This document shows, piece by piece, positions 9,074-17,481 of a DNA stretch of 64,000 nt (position 1 is the first letter of the stretch; every line of letters begins with the position of its first letter). Made by a program: the position numbers and the translations under genes. The notes beneath the pieces were generated by a model that saw nothing but the letters and a program-made list of their open reading frames with translations, searched no databases and had not been told where the DNA came from. The stretch comes from an uncultured Acidobacteriota bacterium (GTDB lineage Bacteria; Acidobacteriota; Thermoanaerobaculia; Gp7-AA8). Location of the stretch: positions 1 through 64,000 of the forward strand of contig CAWGHO010000003.1 of assembly GCA_963822445.1 (NCBI GenBank), given 5' to 3'.

Positions 9074-10831
9074 TCAGCGCCTTCCCACTGAACGTCTCTT
9101 CACCGGTCCCGCCGCCTGCGCATTCAACCGCATCGATTCCGAGCGCATCGGCGGGCAGCCATTCCCGAAATTCGCCTCGACCCACCAGTACGTGCGGCCG
9201 CCGGTGATCGACGTCGTCAGCTCGGTGCTCGTCGTCGTACCGAGAAGCCGCGGCCGAGGATTGCTCGGCGTGGCCGAGTAAACGTTGTAGGAAACCGCGG
9301 TGCTCATCGAGCTCCAGGTGAACTTCACCGTCGGGCTGGTGAGGGTCGTGTCCCAGCCCGGCAGGTTGGCGTTCGGGCCGCGCGCGCCGCATGGCGTCGT
9401 GCGTCCGACGACGACCTCGTGATCGGCGAACGTGGTCCTGCCGCTCCAGTAGGCGAGGTTGAACGCGCGCGAATCGATGAAGCCGTACTTTTTCGCGCCG
9501 TTCGTTTCGACGCCGATGATGATCGTGGTGTTGTTCTTCTCCCAGTAGCTGACGACCGGGGCATTCGATGCGAAAGGATTGCGGCCGACCAGGACCTTAC
9601 CGTTGCTGTCCGTGCGGAGGCGGGCGTCAGGTGTCGTGCCGTAATGCGTCGGGTACCAGGATTCGTTCGAGCCATTTCCGGACGACTGATAAATCTCGAC
9701 ATCCGCATTGCGCAGCAGATTGCCCTCGGCATCGCGAACGGTCAGCCGGTTCTCGAGCGGCAGATCGTTCAGAAACACGCCGATGTTCTCGGGATCGTTG
9801 TAGTGACCAGAGATGGCGCGATGGCCGGCGATGAGATTCAGCGCGACCGCGCTGTAGCGATCGATGAAAGTGAAGTTGCGATTCATCAAGCCCTGCTCGG
9901 GTGCGGCATACGCGTAACCGCCCGGCTTCGGCATCTCGAGATCGATGGTGTTCCAGGGCGGACCGTTGCGCACGTCGAAGGCGTAGACGTCGGCGAGGTA
10001 GCGCGCGTGTCCCATCTCGTGGAGAAGGATCGGGGCGACATCGAAGCCGTTGTTCGGACCGGTCACACGGAAGTTGCTGTACGCCTGAATTTTCGAAGAG
10101 GGAAAGCCCCACTGGATGTCGACGGTGCGGTCGCTGACGTCCGGCTGCGCGGCGTCGAGACTTGGGCTGTTTCCGAGCTCCTCATCGACCGGCGGCACGA
10201 GCGGCAGCGCGCCATCAGGGACGATGACGACTTTGTGCAGACGCCAGCGATCGAGAACGCCGTTCGGGGTGAGGTCGTAAACGGCGAGCGCGGACATCTC
10301 GTTGTAAAGCTCGACCAGCCGCTGGGCCCAGTCTTCGAAGGAGGTCGAGTTGATGCCGAGGCGGTGCTGATTCGCTCGGAAGTGGTCGTAGAGACCCTGT
10401 TCGACCCAGAACCCGACCGCGAGCGCGTCTGTAAACACCTCGCGACTGTTGTTCGTCTCCGACTCCTCGGCCACAGCATTGGCCGTGTCGATCGAGAAGG
10501 ACAGACGTTCGCGGGTGAAGCTCCAGGGACGGGAGAGATCGATTGTCGCGTAGGCGTTCGCGGGAAGGGTGGTCGTGCCGGTAGCGATGGTGCGGCCGTC
10601 GATTTTCCAGTCGTAGGCGACGGTCTGGGGCGAATCGAACCAGTTGCGGACGTTCGCCCGCCAGGTGACGGTGGAGCCGGCCGCGGGCCAGCCTTCGACG
10701 CGCGGGTTGCTGCTGTTCCAGACGTACGGAATCTCGGGCGTGCGGCTGATCCAGCCGACGGTGAGCTCGCTGGCGGCGAGCGGGAGAGCAATCAGGAAGA
10801 GAAAGATATGGATGAGGACGGATCGGGGCAC
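9074..10831 (-). CDS. Secreted CARDB/Ig-like domain plus HExxH metallopeptidase-like protein with a C-terminal Fn3-like domain
   Basis: Signal peptide; CARDB-type IDTANAVAEESETNN; LLHEMGHARYLADVY zinc motif; Fn3-like FTW...YNVY...YWWVEA; ends PVKRRSVGRR. Confidence 0.65.
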   Translation of the reverse strand: MPRSVLIHIFLFLIALPLAASELTVGWISRTPEIPYVWNSSNPRVEGWPAAGSTVTWRANVRNWFDSPQTVAYDWKIDGRTIATGTTTLPANAYATIDLSRPWSFTRERLSFSIDTANAVAEESETNNSREVFTDALAVGFWVEQGLYDHFRANQHRLGINSTSFEDWAQRLVELYNEMSALAVYDLTPNGVLDRWRLHKVVIVPDGALPLVPPVDEELGNSPSLDAAQPDVSDRTVDIQWGFPSSKIQAYSNFRVTGPNNGFDVAPILLHEMGHARYLADVYAFDVRNGPPWNTIDLEMPKPGGYAYAAPEQGLMNRNFTFIDRYSAVALNLIAGHRAISGHYNDPENIGVFLNDLPLENRLTVRDAEGNLLRNADVEIYQSSGNGSNESWYPTHYGTTPDARLRTDSNGKVLVGRNPFASNAPVVSYWEKNNTTIIIGVETNGAKKYGFIDSRAFNLAYWSGRTTFADHEVVVGRTTPCGARGPNANLPGWDTTLTSPTVKFTWSSMSTAVSYNVYSATPSNPRPRLLGTTTSTELTTSITGGRTYWWVEANFGNGCPPMRSESMRLNAQAAGPVKRRSVGRR

Positions 10832-10849
10832 GTCCTCATAATAACGTTT

Positions 10850-11128
10850 CTATCTTCGAGATTTCCGGGTCGCCGTCGAGTCGAGGGAAACGACCGGGTC
10901 GGGCGCGGGAGCCATGAGAACGCCGGCGGCGATCGCGGCCAGCGAGATGCCGGTCATCTCCAGCGGCAGCCCGGGAACGGAGACGAAAAAGACGAGAGCC
11001 AGACTGCCGGCGGCCGTGAGGAAAAAGTGGGCTCGCGGATCGCGCCGCAGGACGGCGTGACACGTCCTCGCACACAACGCCAGCGTCGCTGCTCCGAAAA
11101 GTGCCTGACACAACCAGACCAGCACCAT
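10850..11128 (-). CDS. Small membrane protein of unknown function
   Basis: AGGAGG 7 nt before the ATG; about 3 hydrophobic segments in 92 aa. Confidence 0.55.
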   Translation of the reverse strand: MVLVWLCQALFGAATLALCARTCHAVLRRDPRAHFFLTAAGSLALVFFVSVPGLPLEMTGISLAAIAAGVLMAPAPDPVVSLDSTATRKSRR

Positions 11129-11145
11129 GGGATACCTCCTGCCAG

Positions 11146-11175
11146 AAAATGAAAAAGGGACGTACGCCGTCCCTT
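11146..11175 (-). terminator. Rho-independent terminator
   Basis: Minus strand AAGGGACG-GCGTA-CGTCCCTT followed by TTTCATTTT. Confidence 0.65.
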
Positions 11176-11222
11176 GTTTTTACTGCTGTCCAACTAAGGA
11201 GCCTGAGCACTACCGCCGCCCG
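11148..11222 (-). ncRNA. Candidate sigma54-dependent small RNA or attenuated leader, about 75 nt
   Basis: Bounded by a consensus sigma54 promoter and an intrinsic terminator; no credible ORF; contains CTCCTT (anti-SD) at 11196-11201. Confidence 0.4.
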
Positions 11223-11232
11223 ACCCCTTCGG

Positions 11233-11248
11233 AGCAACCGGGGTGCCA
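11233..11248 (-). promoter_or_regulatory. Sigma54 (-24/-12) promoter
   Basis: Minus strand TGGCACCCCGGTTGCT matches TGGCAC-N5-TTGCW exactly; intergenic. Confidence 0.75.
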
Positions 11249-11308
11249 AACCGGGGCGATCCGTGTAAGCTGAATTCCTTCAGCAAGCTGATTTGAGAGG
11301 AGAGAACA

Positions 11309-12727
11309 ATGTCCAGACAGCGTTTGGCAGGCGGGGTCCTCGTGTCTCTGATCATCCTCGGCGTGGCGAGCATCGGGGTCTCGCAATCGCCGCCCCCCGA
11401 TCCCACGGCACCGACGGGACGGCAGTTCACGCCGCCCTGGTTCATCGCCAATTCCGACGTGCAGCCCGATTTCGTCTTTCAGCAGACCGGGGCGATCGGG
11501 TTCGATCCATTCGTGAACGACTTCGGCTGGAGCACCTTCATCGCCCTGAACTGGCCCGCCAGCAGCCGGTTCAACGGCGTGCCGGACCGGCAGAACATCA
11601 TCGGTGGCACTCCCGGGAAGGGTGGCGAAGGCGGCGGCAAGTCCAAGCCGGCCGGTCCCGTGGTCTGGGAAACGTTCAAGGACACCGCGGACATCTATCT
11701 CAATCCGCCGACGGTTCCGACACCGTTCAATTCCTCGGAAAGCATCCCGCCGGCCTGCCAGCAGATCGCCCTGGGCAATGTCGAAGCGAGCCAGCGAACG
11801 CTGACCATGATCTCGAAGACCTCCGACGTGCTGCGCGATACAAAGCAGGCCTTCACGCACGCGCCGCTGATCGATCTGAACAGCAACCTGGTCTGGTACG
11901 AGGTGAAGGTCAACGAGACGTATTACGACTACGTGGTGAGCAACAAGTACTACGACAGCCGCTATCAGCCGAAGAGCGGGATCGACTATCCCGCCGGTGC
12001 CGCGGACGCGCCGGGTGTCGGAGCGATTCGCGTCAAGGCCGCGTGGAAGATCATGGGCGGCAAGAACAGCAAGTTCCCCGACGACCCGTCGCGTTTCTAC
12101 ACGACCACGGCGCTGATCTATCACCCCGACACGCAGCAGTGCTCCGCGCAGCAGGTCGGCCTGGTCGGTCTGCACATCGTTCAGAAGACGGAGACCTTCC
12201 CGCGCTACACCTGGTCGACGTTCGAGCATGTCGACAATGCGCCGACGCAGGCGGAGATCGACGACGGCAGCGCGGCGAAGAAGAAGTGGAACTTCTACAA
12301 CCCTGCCAGCAACGCCAAGCCCAATCAGCCGCAGAAGAACCCACCGTACACGACGCCGACGCAGGTCGTGCGCGTGGTGCCGATCAACGGAAATCCAGTG
12401 CCCGCGAATGCCTCGTTCCGCGCGGCGATGAAAGCGTTGCGCGCGGACAACGTCTGGCAGAACTACGTGCTCGTCGCGACGCAGTGGGGCGGCCCCGATT
12501 TCGATTCCGGCCCGACCCAGCCGAAGTTCCTCGCCAACACCACGATGGAGACGTACCTCCAGGAGCCGATCGACGATCCGAACAGCCCGCACGGCTGCAT
12601 CAACTGCCACAGCGCGTTCGGCGCATCGAAGGACGGCGACTTCCAGCTGTTCAAGGCCTTCCCGAAGGCACGCGCGAACGATGCCGCGATCGCCGCGGCG
12701 TCCGCGGCATTACCCGGACCGCGCTGA
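11309..12727 (+). CDS. Secreted cytochrome c family protein (single CXXCH near the C-terminus)
   Basis: GAGGAG RBS; signal peptide; W..FIALNWP, GLVGLHIVQKT, WSTFEHVDN, LANTTMETY, GCINCH. Confidence 0.7.
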   Translation: MSRQRLAGGVLVSLIILGVASIGVSQSPPPDPTAPTGRQFTPPWFIANSDVQPDFVFQQTGAIGFDPFVNDFGWSTFIALNWPASSRFNGVPDRQNIIGGTPGKGGEGGGKSKPAGPVVWETFKDTADIYLNPPTVPTPFNSSESIPPACQQIALGNVEASQRTLTMISKTSDVLRDTKQAFTHAPLIDLNSNLVWYEVKVNETYYDYVVSNKYYDSRYQPKSGIDYPAGAADAPGVGAIRVKAAWKIMGGKNSKFPDDPSRFYTTTALIYHPDTQQCSAQQVGLVGLHIVQKTETFPRYTWSTFEHVDNAPTQAEIDDGSAAKKKWNFYNPASNAKPNQPQKNPPYTTPTQVVRVVPINGNPVPANASFRAAMKALRADNVWQNYVLVATQWGGPDFDSGPTQPKFLANTTMETYLQEPIDDPNSPHGCINCHSAFGASKDGDFQLFKAFPKARANDAAIAAASAALPGPR

Positions 12728-12732
12728 TGAGA

Positions 12733-12760
12733 AAAGGGCGAGCCGCGAGGCTCGCCCTTT
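12733..12760. terminator. Bidirectional intrinsic terminator
   Basis: AAAGGGCGAGCC-GCGA-GGCTCGCCCTTT between convergent genes. Confidence 0.8.
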
Positions 12761-12767
12761 CTGTTCG

Positions 12768-13592
12768 CTACTGTCGCAGCGCCGCGCGAGCTCGAGCCAC
12801 GGCGCGCTCTGCTTCGGCAACCGCGTGGGCGGCCTTCTTCGTCTCGTTGACGGCAGTGCGCGCTTCCTGCTGCGCTTTGCTGTAACGCGCGTCGAGCTCC
12901 CGTTTCTGAGTCTCGAGCACCTGGGCGCGATTGTTGGCCTTCGCCAGTGCCGCTTCCGCACGCTCCGCATCGCGCCGGGCCGCTGTCAGTGCTTTCTCGG
13001 CGGTCTTGACCGCCTCGCCGGCCTGCGCCCGCGCCGCGGCGACATCCTGGGCAGTCTTCTTTTCCTCTGACGCGCGCCGGAACTGCAGCACTTTCGCGGG
13101 CTCGAGCTTCTTCCCGTCCAGCAGCGCTGCGAGGCCGTCGAATCCCAGAGGCGCGAGATCGGCGGTGAGCCGGCCGGCCTGCGTCTCGTCCGAATGTCCC
13201 CATGCCGCGAGCGATTCGAGGGTGATGGCCATCCTACGTTTCGCGTCCTGCGAGGCTGCATGTCCCGCATCGCGAAGGATCTCCGCGGCGCGGTTCGTCA
13301 GGCCTGACACAACCGTGCGCCGCTCGTCGAGCAGACGGCGAAGGTCTGCCGGGCGTCCTGTCTGCGCCTCGCGCACCTTTTCACCGATGGTGAGGAGCCG
13401 CTGCATCTCCTTCCGATGGCGCCAGAACAATTGATTGACCGCCCAGGCCGTCGCAGGAGGCTTGGGCATGGCCTTCACCCGCTCGGCCTCGACAGCCCGC
13501 CCTCCTTTTTTGAGTCGCGAGGCGAGCGCGTTCCGCGCCGCGGTGAACTCGGAAAGAGGAAGCTCGAAGAGCGCGTCGATCTCGGATGTCAC
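12768..13592 (-). CDS. Conserved hypothetical protein with a C-terminal coiled coil
   Basis: DALFELPLSEFTAARNAL...KP...AWAVNQL N-terminus; Ala/Glu/Lys/Arg-rich helical tail; GTG start 6 nt after TAGACT. Confidence 0.7.
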   Translation of the reverse strand: MTSEIDALFELPLSEFTAARNALASRLKKGGRAVEAERVKAMPKPPATAWAVNQLFWRHRKEMQRLLTIGEKVREAQTGRPADLRRLLDERRTVVSGLTNRAAEILRDAGHAASQDAKRRMAITLESLAAWGHSDETQAGRLTADLAPLGFDGLAALLDGKKLEPAKVLQFRRASEEKKTAQDVAAARAQAGEAVKTAEKALTAARRDAERAEAALAKANNRAQVLETQKRELDARYSKAQQEARTAVNETKKAAHAVAEAERAVARARAALRQ

Positions 13593-13633
13593 TTCTCGAG
13601 TCTAAGTGTGCGGAGCGGCCGTTCCAACTGAGG

Positions 13634-14035
13634 TCAGCGTTGCAGCTCGAACGTCGAGTCCGGATTGCGCTTGAACTGCACGAGGAAGTGCTTGGGGCCT
13701 TGCGCGTCGGCGCTGAGGAACGGGAGGGAAATCGTCGCCGAGCCGCCGTCCCGCAGCTCTTCCATCGCTTTTACGGCCGCCTGCGCGATGCGCTCGCGAG
13801 CGAGAGGGTCGTCGGTCACATTCACGCCGGTCTGCTCAGATGCGCGGTCGAGCAACCATTCGACGAGCGGGCCGCTGCCGCGTTCGTCTCTCGCTGCCAT
13901 GGTGTTGCTTCTGAGAGGAGTTCTGGGGGCGTTCACTGGCGGTGCCGCTTCGTGGCGACGCCCCCAGCGAATCAGTACGAAAGTCACCGCCATCGCGACA
14001 GCCACGGCGATGATCACGCCGGGATTCAGTTCCAC
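13634..14035 (-). CDS. Membrane-anchored protein with a stand-alone Hsp70/DnaK subdomain IIB-like segment
   Basis: TM helix GVIIAVAVAMAVTFVLI; GVNVTDDPLARERIAQAAVKAMEEL...ISLPFLSADAQGPKHF parallels DnaK [25 protein letters not shown]...VNLPYITADATGPKHM; start uncertain. Confidence 0.7.
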   Translation of the reverse strand: MELNPGVIIAVAVAMAVTFVLIRWGRRHEAAPPVNAPRTPLRSNTMAARDERGSGPLVEWLLDRASEQTGVNVTDDPLARERIAQAAVKAMEELRDGGSATISLPFLSADAQGPKHFLVQFKRNPDSTFELQR

Positions 14036-14090
14036 GTGCGAGGCTCCATGAGAGCCAGAGGATACATGCACCGGGTTATAGTTCGCCGCC

Positions 14091-14702
14091 ATGCGCAAGA
14101 TCATCACGACGACGTTTCTGTCGATCGACGGCGTCTACCAGGCGCCCGGCGGACCGGAGGAGGACACCTCCGGCGGATTCGCCCAGGGCGGCTGGTCCTT
14201 CGGGTATTGGGATGACGTCATGGGAAAGATCATGGGCGCGTTCATGGCCCAGCCCTTCGAGCTCCTCCTCGGCCGGCGCACGTACGACATCTTCGCGGCG
14301 TACTGGCCGACGACCGACAAGGACCCCGAGGTGGCGAAGCCCTTCAACGAGACGAAGAAGTATGTCGTCTCTCGCAAACCGCAGGAGCTCACCTGGCAGA
14401 GCTCCACGCTCATCATCGGCGACGTCGTGGCGCAGATCCGGAAGCTCAAACAGGAAGACGCCGCGGACCTCTGGGTGCATGGCAGCGGCAAACTCATTCA
14501 GACGCTGTTCGAGAACGACCTCGTGGATCGCATGCACCTCTGGACCTTCCCGGTCATGCTGGGCTCGGGGAAACGCCTCTTCGCGGATGGCATCCCCGCC
14601 GCCGAATGGAAGCTCGCCGACTCCACGATTGCCACGAGCGGCGTGATCATCGCCACCTACGAACCGGCCGGCGAGATCAAGAAAGGGACGTTGGGCGGGT
14701 AG
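14091..14702 (+). CDS. Dihydrofolate reductase family protein (RibD C-terminal domain)
   Basis: FLSIDGVYQAPGG, LLGRRTYDIF, VHGSGKL, PVMLGSGKRLF. Confidence 0.9.
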   Translation: MRKIITTTFLSIDGVYQAPGGPEEDTSGGFAQGGWSFGYWDDVMGKIMGAFMAQPFELLLGRRTYDIFAAYWPTTDKDPEVAKPFNETKKYVVSRKPQELTWQSSTLIIGDVVAQIRKLKQEDAADLWVHGSGKLIQTLFENDLVDRMHLWTFPVMLGSGKRLFADGIPAAEWKLADSTIATSGVIIATYEPAGEIKKGTLGG

Positions 14703-15134
14703 CGTCGCTTCCATTGGATTGCGGATAGCGACGATTCGTGTCTGCTACCGATCGGGCTACCAGCGTCTCCAGGACCTTCAGATCGACGTCGGCCAGGCGC
14801 CTGATGTAGACACATACCTTCCCGGTCTTGTGCTTTCCCAACCTGGCCAGCAAGTCGTCACGACCTTCGAAGTCCGCGCGATGTAAACGACCAGCTCACG
14901 TCCTCTCGCGGCAAACCCGGTGAGAGCGGAATCGCCTTCGTGACCACTCGCGTACTTGTAGTGGTAGCTCCCGAATCCGACGATGCTCGGCCCCCACATC
15001 CTTGGTTCCTGCCTGGTAACTCTTCGCATGAGAGCAACCAGAGTCCGGGCGTCACTCCGTTGCTCGTCGTTCGCGATCGCAGCGATGTGACTCTCGGCGT
15101 TGACTTCGGTGGGTTTTGTCTTGAGTTCCGACAC
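14677..15134 (-). CDS. DUF1801 (YdhG-like) protein, frameshifted near 14878
   Basis: PRMWGPSIVGFGSYHYKYASGHEGD...GFAAR; continues in another frame as LLARLGKHKTGKVCVYIRRLADVD. Confidence 0.75.
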
Positions 15135-15201
15135 GCGAAAAGAGTAGCGCACGGGACCACCAGCGGCGCGGTTGGCGCCCGGTGCAGCGGCCGAGTCAGC
15201 C
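15135..15201 (-). mobile_element. Truncated attC-like site (left half)
   Basis: GGCTGAC (contains the TGA stop of the upstream gene) then TCGGCCGCTGCACCGGGCG...AACCGCG...CCCGTGCGCTACTCTTT; clearly similar to 17378-17481. Confidence 0.5.
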
Positions 15202-15705
15202 GCCGGATGCGCGACGGATTTCGACAGTACGACGCACTTCGAGTTGATGGTCCTCACACCGAAGGCCATTCCCGCACCACAAGGTCAAGTTGCCAACGAG
15301 CACCGAAGCGCCGACAGGCCAGTCTCGTCGGACCGTTCCCCGCTCAACGAAGGTTCTGGACTCGCCAGGCTGCAACATGATTGGACCGGAGCAGTCGGTG
15401 TCGGTGGTGATTCCATGCAGGACCAGCGGCCATCGCGTCCCGTCGCCGGACGCGAGCACCATGCTCACACCAGCCGGTGAGCACGAGGTGAGCGTCATGT
15501 CGGAGGTGTTGTGCAACGTGAACGTTGCCTCGATGGCCTCGCCTGCAACCGCATAGTCGGGAACCGAGCTCTGAAGTTGGAGGAGATCGCCGAGCTTGAC
15601 GGCTCCGCTGGCGCAACCGGAAACGACAAGCCAGCAACTGAAAAGCAGAGCAGATGCGCGAATGGTGCCTCGGCGGCTATTTCCTCGGGCCTCGGAGTAC
15701 GACAT
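15196..15705 (-). CDS. Hypothetical lipoprotein with a probable Ig-like fold
   Basis: Lipobox-like VSGC; GEAIEATFTLHN and LQPGESRTF beta-sandwich motifs; start uncertain. Confidence 0.55.
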   Translation of the reverse strand: MSYSEARGNSRRGTIRASALLFSCWLVVSGCASGAVKLGDLLQLQSSVPDYAVAGEAIEATFTLHNTSDMTLTSCSPAGVSMVLASGDGTRWPLVLHGITTDTDCSGPIMLQPGESRTFVERGTVRRDWPVGASVLVGNLTLWCGNGLRCEDHQLEVRRTVEIRRASGG

Positions 15706-16327
15706 GGGTGGCTTTCTCAGACGCTGCGAACTGCACGCATTCATATCCTAGAGCCCGCAGGTCAACTCCCTCGAACAACCGCTCGCCCCGGCCCAGCAGG
15801 ACCGGCGCGATCGCCACATGTAGTTCATCAATCAGAGCCTCCCGAAGATACTGCTGAATCACATTGGGCCCTCCACCAATGCGCACGTCCATGCCGTTCG
15901 CCGCTTCGCGGGCCCGGTCCAGCGCCTCATGAATCCCGCCCGTGACGAAATGGAACGTCGTTTTGCCTGCCATCTCGATGGGCGGTCGCGCGTGATGAGT
16001 CAGGACGAAAACGGGCACGTGGTACGGTGGGTTGTCACCCCACCAGCCCTTCCAGTTCGAATCGGGCCAGGGACCGCGAATCGGTCCGAACATGTTCCTC
16101 CCCAGAATCCACGCTCCGATGTTCCTGAATCCCCGCGCGGCAAAATCGTCGTCGATTCCGGTCGTGCCATCGCCCGCACCGTGGGTCCTCTGAAACGTGC
16201 GTGTCGGGATGAACCACTGGTGCAAGTCCTCCCCGCCGACCCCGAGCCCGTTGTTGATGTCCTGATCCGGACCCGCTCCGTATCCGTCAAGGGAGATGGC
16301 AAAGCTCTCGACTCGGACCTGCCCCAT
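15677..16327 (-). CDS. Dihydrofolate reductase family protein (RibD C-terminal domain)
   Basis: AISLDGYGAGP, ILGRNMFGP, WWGDNPPYHVPVFVLTH, IGGGPNVIQQYL. Confidence 0.9.
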   Translation of the reverse strand: MGQVRVESFAISLDGYGAGPDQDINNGLGVGGEDLHQWFIPTRTFQRTHGAGDGTTGIDDDFAARGFRNIGAWILGRNMFGPIRGPWPDSNWKGWWGDNPPYHVPVFVLTHHARPPIEMAGKTTFHFVTGGIHEALDRAREAANGMDVRIGGGPNVIQQYLREALIDELHVAIAPVLLGRGERLFEGVDLRALGYECVQFAASEKATHVVLRGPRK

Positions 16328-16329
16328 TC

Positions 16330-16779
16330 TCATCGGGAAGTCTGCCTCAGCTCCTGGGCAAGCCCGATGAGAATTCCTTCGGGGCCTCGGATGTAGCAGA
16401 GCCGATACGTGTCTTCGTACTGGGCTACTTTGCCGACGAGCTCCGCGCCCCGTTTGCCGAGCCGGGCGAGCGTATCGTCGATGTCCTCGACGGTGAACAT
16501 GACCCGCAGGTATCCGAGTGCGTTCACCGGGGCGCTGCGGTGATCGGCGATCACGGGCGGCGCGAGAAATCGAGACATCTCCAGCCGGCTGTGACCGTCC
16601 GACGTACGCATCATGGCCATCTCGACGCGCATGTCGCGCAAACCAGTGACGTCGTCTGCCCAGTCTCCTTCGATCGGCGCGCGCCCCTCGAGCTCGAGGC
16701 CAAGCTCAGTGAAGAACGCAATGGCGGCTTCGAGGTCTTCGACCACGATGCCAACGTTGTCCATGCGCTTGACCGTCAT
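16330..16779 (-). CDS. VOC (glyoxalase/bleomycin resistance) family protein
   Basis: MDNVGIVVEDLEAAIAFF, RVMFTVEDID, CYIRGPEGILIGLAQ; AGGAG RBS. Confidence 0.9.
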   Translation of the reverse strand: MTVKRMDNVGIVVEDLEAAIAFFTELGLELEGRAPIEGDWADDVTGLRDMRVEMAMMRTSDGHSRLEMSRFLAPPVIADHRSAPVNALGYLRVMFTVEDIDDTLARLGKRGAELVGKVAQYEDTYRLCYIRGPEGILIGLAQELRQTSR

Positions 16780-16793
16780 GATGTCTCCTAGGC

Positions 16794-16891
16794 GATTAAT
16801 GATTCAGCGCTCAGCCGCGCTGACCACACGCGATGAAGTATAGCGCCCGCGAAAATGACGCGGCGGCGCCGCGTGCAGCCTTGAGTTAAAC
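16794..16891 (-). mobile_element. Degenerate integron attC site
   Basis: Minus strand R'' GTTTAAC, L''-like GGCTGCACGCGG, L'-like GCGGCTGAGCGC, degenerate R' ATTAATC 14 nt before the VOC start codon. Confidence 0.55.
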
Positions 16892-17377
16892 CGCGGCCAC
16901 TTGCCGCCCTATCACGACGATTACCGGTTGGCGCCGACTGCAAGCCACTGCAGCACGACACCGATTTCACAGACGACCGTGGCGATGTCGGAGTGCAGCG
17001 TAGAGGTTCCGCCCGGATTCATCTGCAACGCATGGAAGACCGAATGCGCCGAAGCGTACGCGGGTCGGTTCGCCAACAGCCAAAGGTTTACGGACGCACC
17101 CAGATGTCTACAGGCAGCGTTATGGCGCCTTCCGGACACTTGAGTACGTTCGATGATCCAGCGTGGCCCATTCCCTGGAGCCAATACGCGCCATTCGTGG
17201 CCAGGTAGTTGTTGCCGTCTCGCGGGGGCTGGCGACACACTCCTGCTCAGACGGGCCGGCACCGATGCCAATGATGCCTTCTGAGCCGTAGGTGTTGCCG
17301 ACCCAACCGCCGCTTGTGTCTTCCACCTTCGCGAGGATTTTGTTCTGCACACTGAGAAGACGGGTGCGCGTCGATCC

Positions 17378-17481
17378 GCTCAGCGGATCAGCGCTCACTG
17401 GCATTGAACCGCATGCGAAAGGGTAACGCACGGGGAGCCAGCGCGACGCGGTTCAACGTCCGGTGCAGCGCAGAGTTAAAC
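17378..17481 (-). mobile_element. Integron attC site with degenerate R' box
   Basis: R'' GTTTAAC contains the HNH stop codon; GCGCTGCACCGGAC-GTTGAACCGC pairs with GCGGTTCAAT-GCCAGTGAGCGC with extrahelical bases; 104 bp. Confidence 0.7.
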
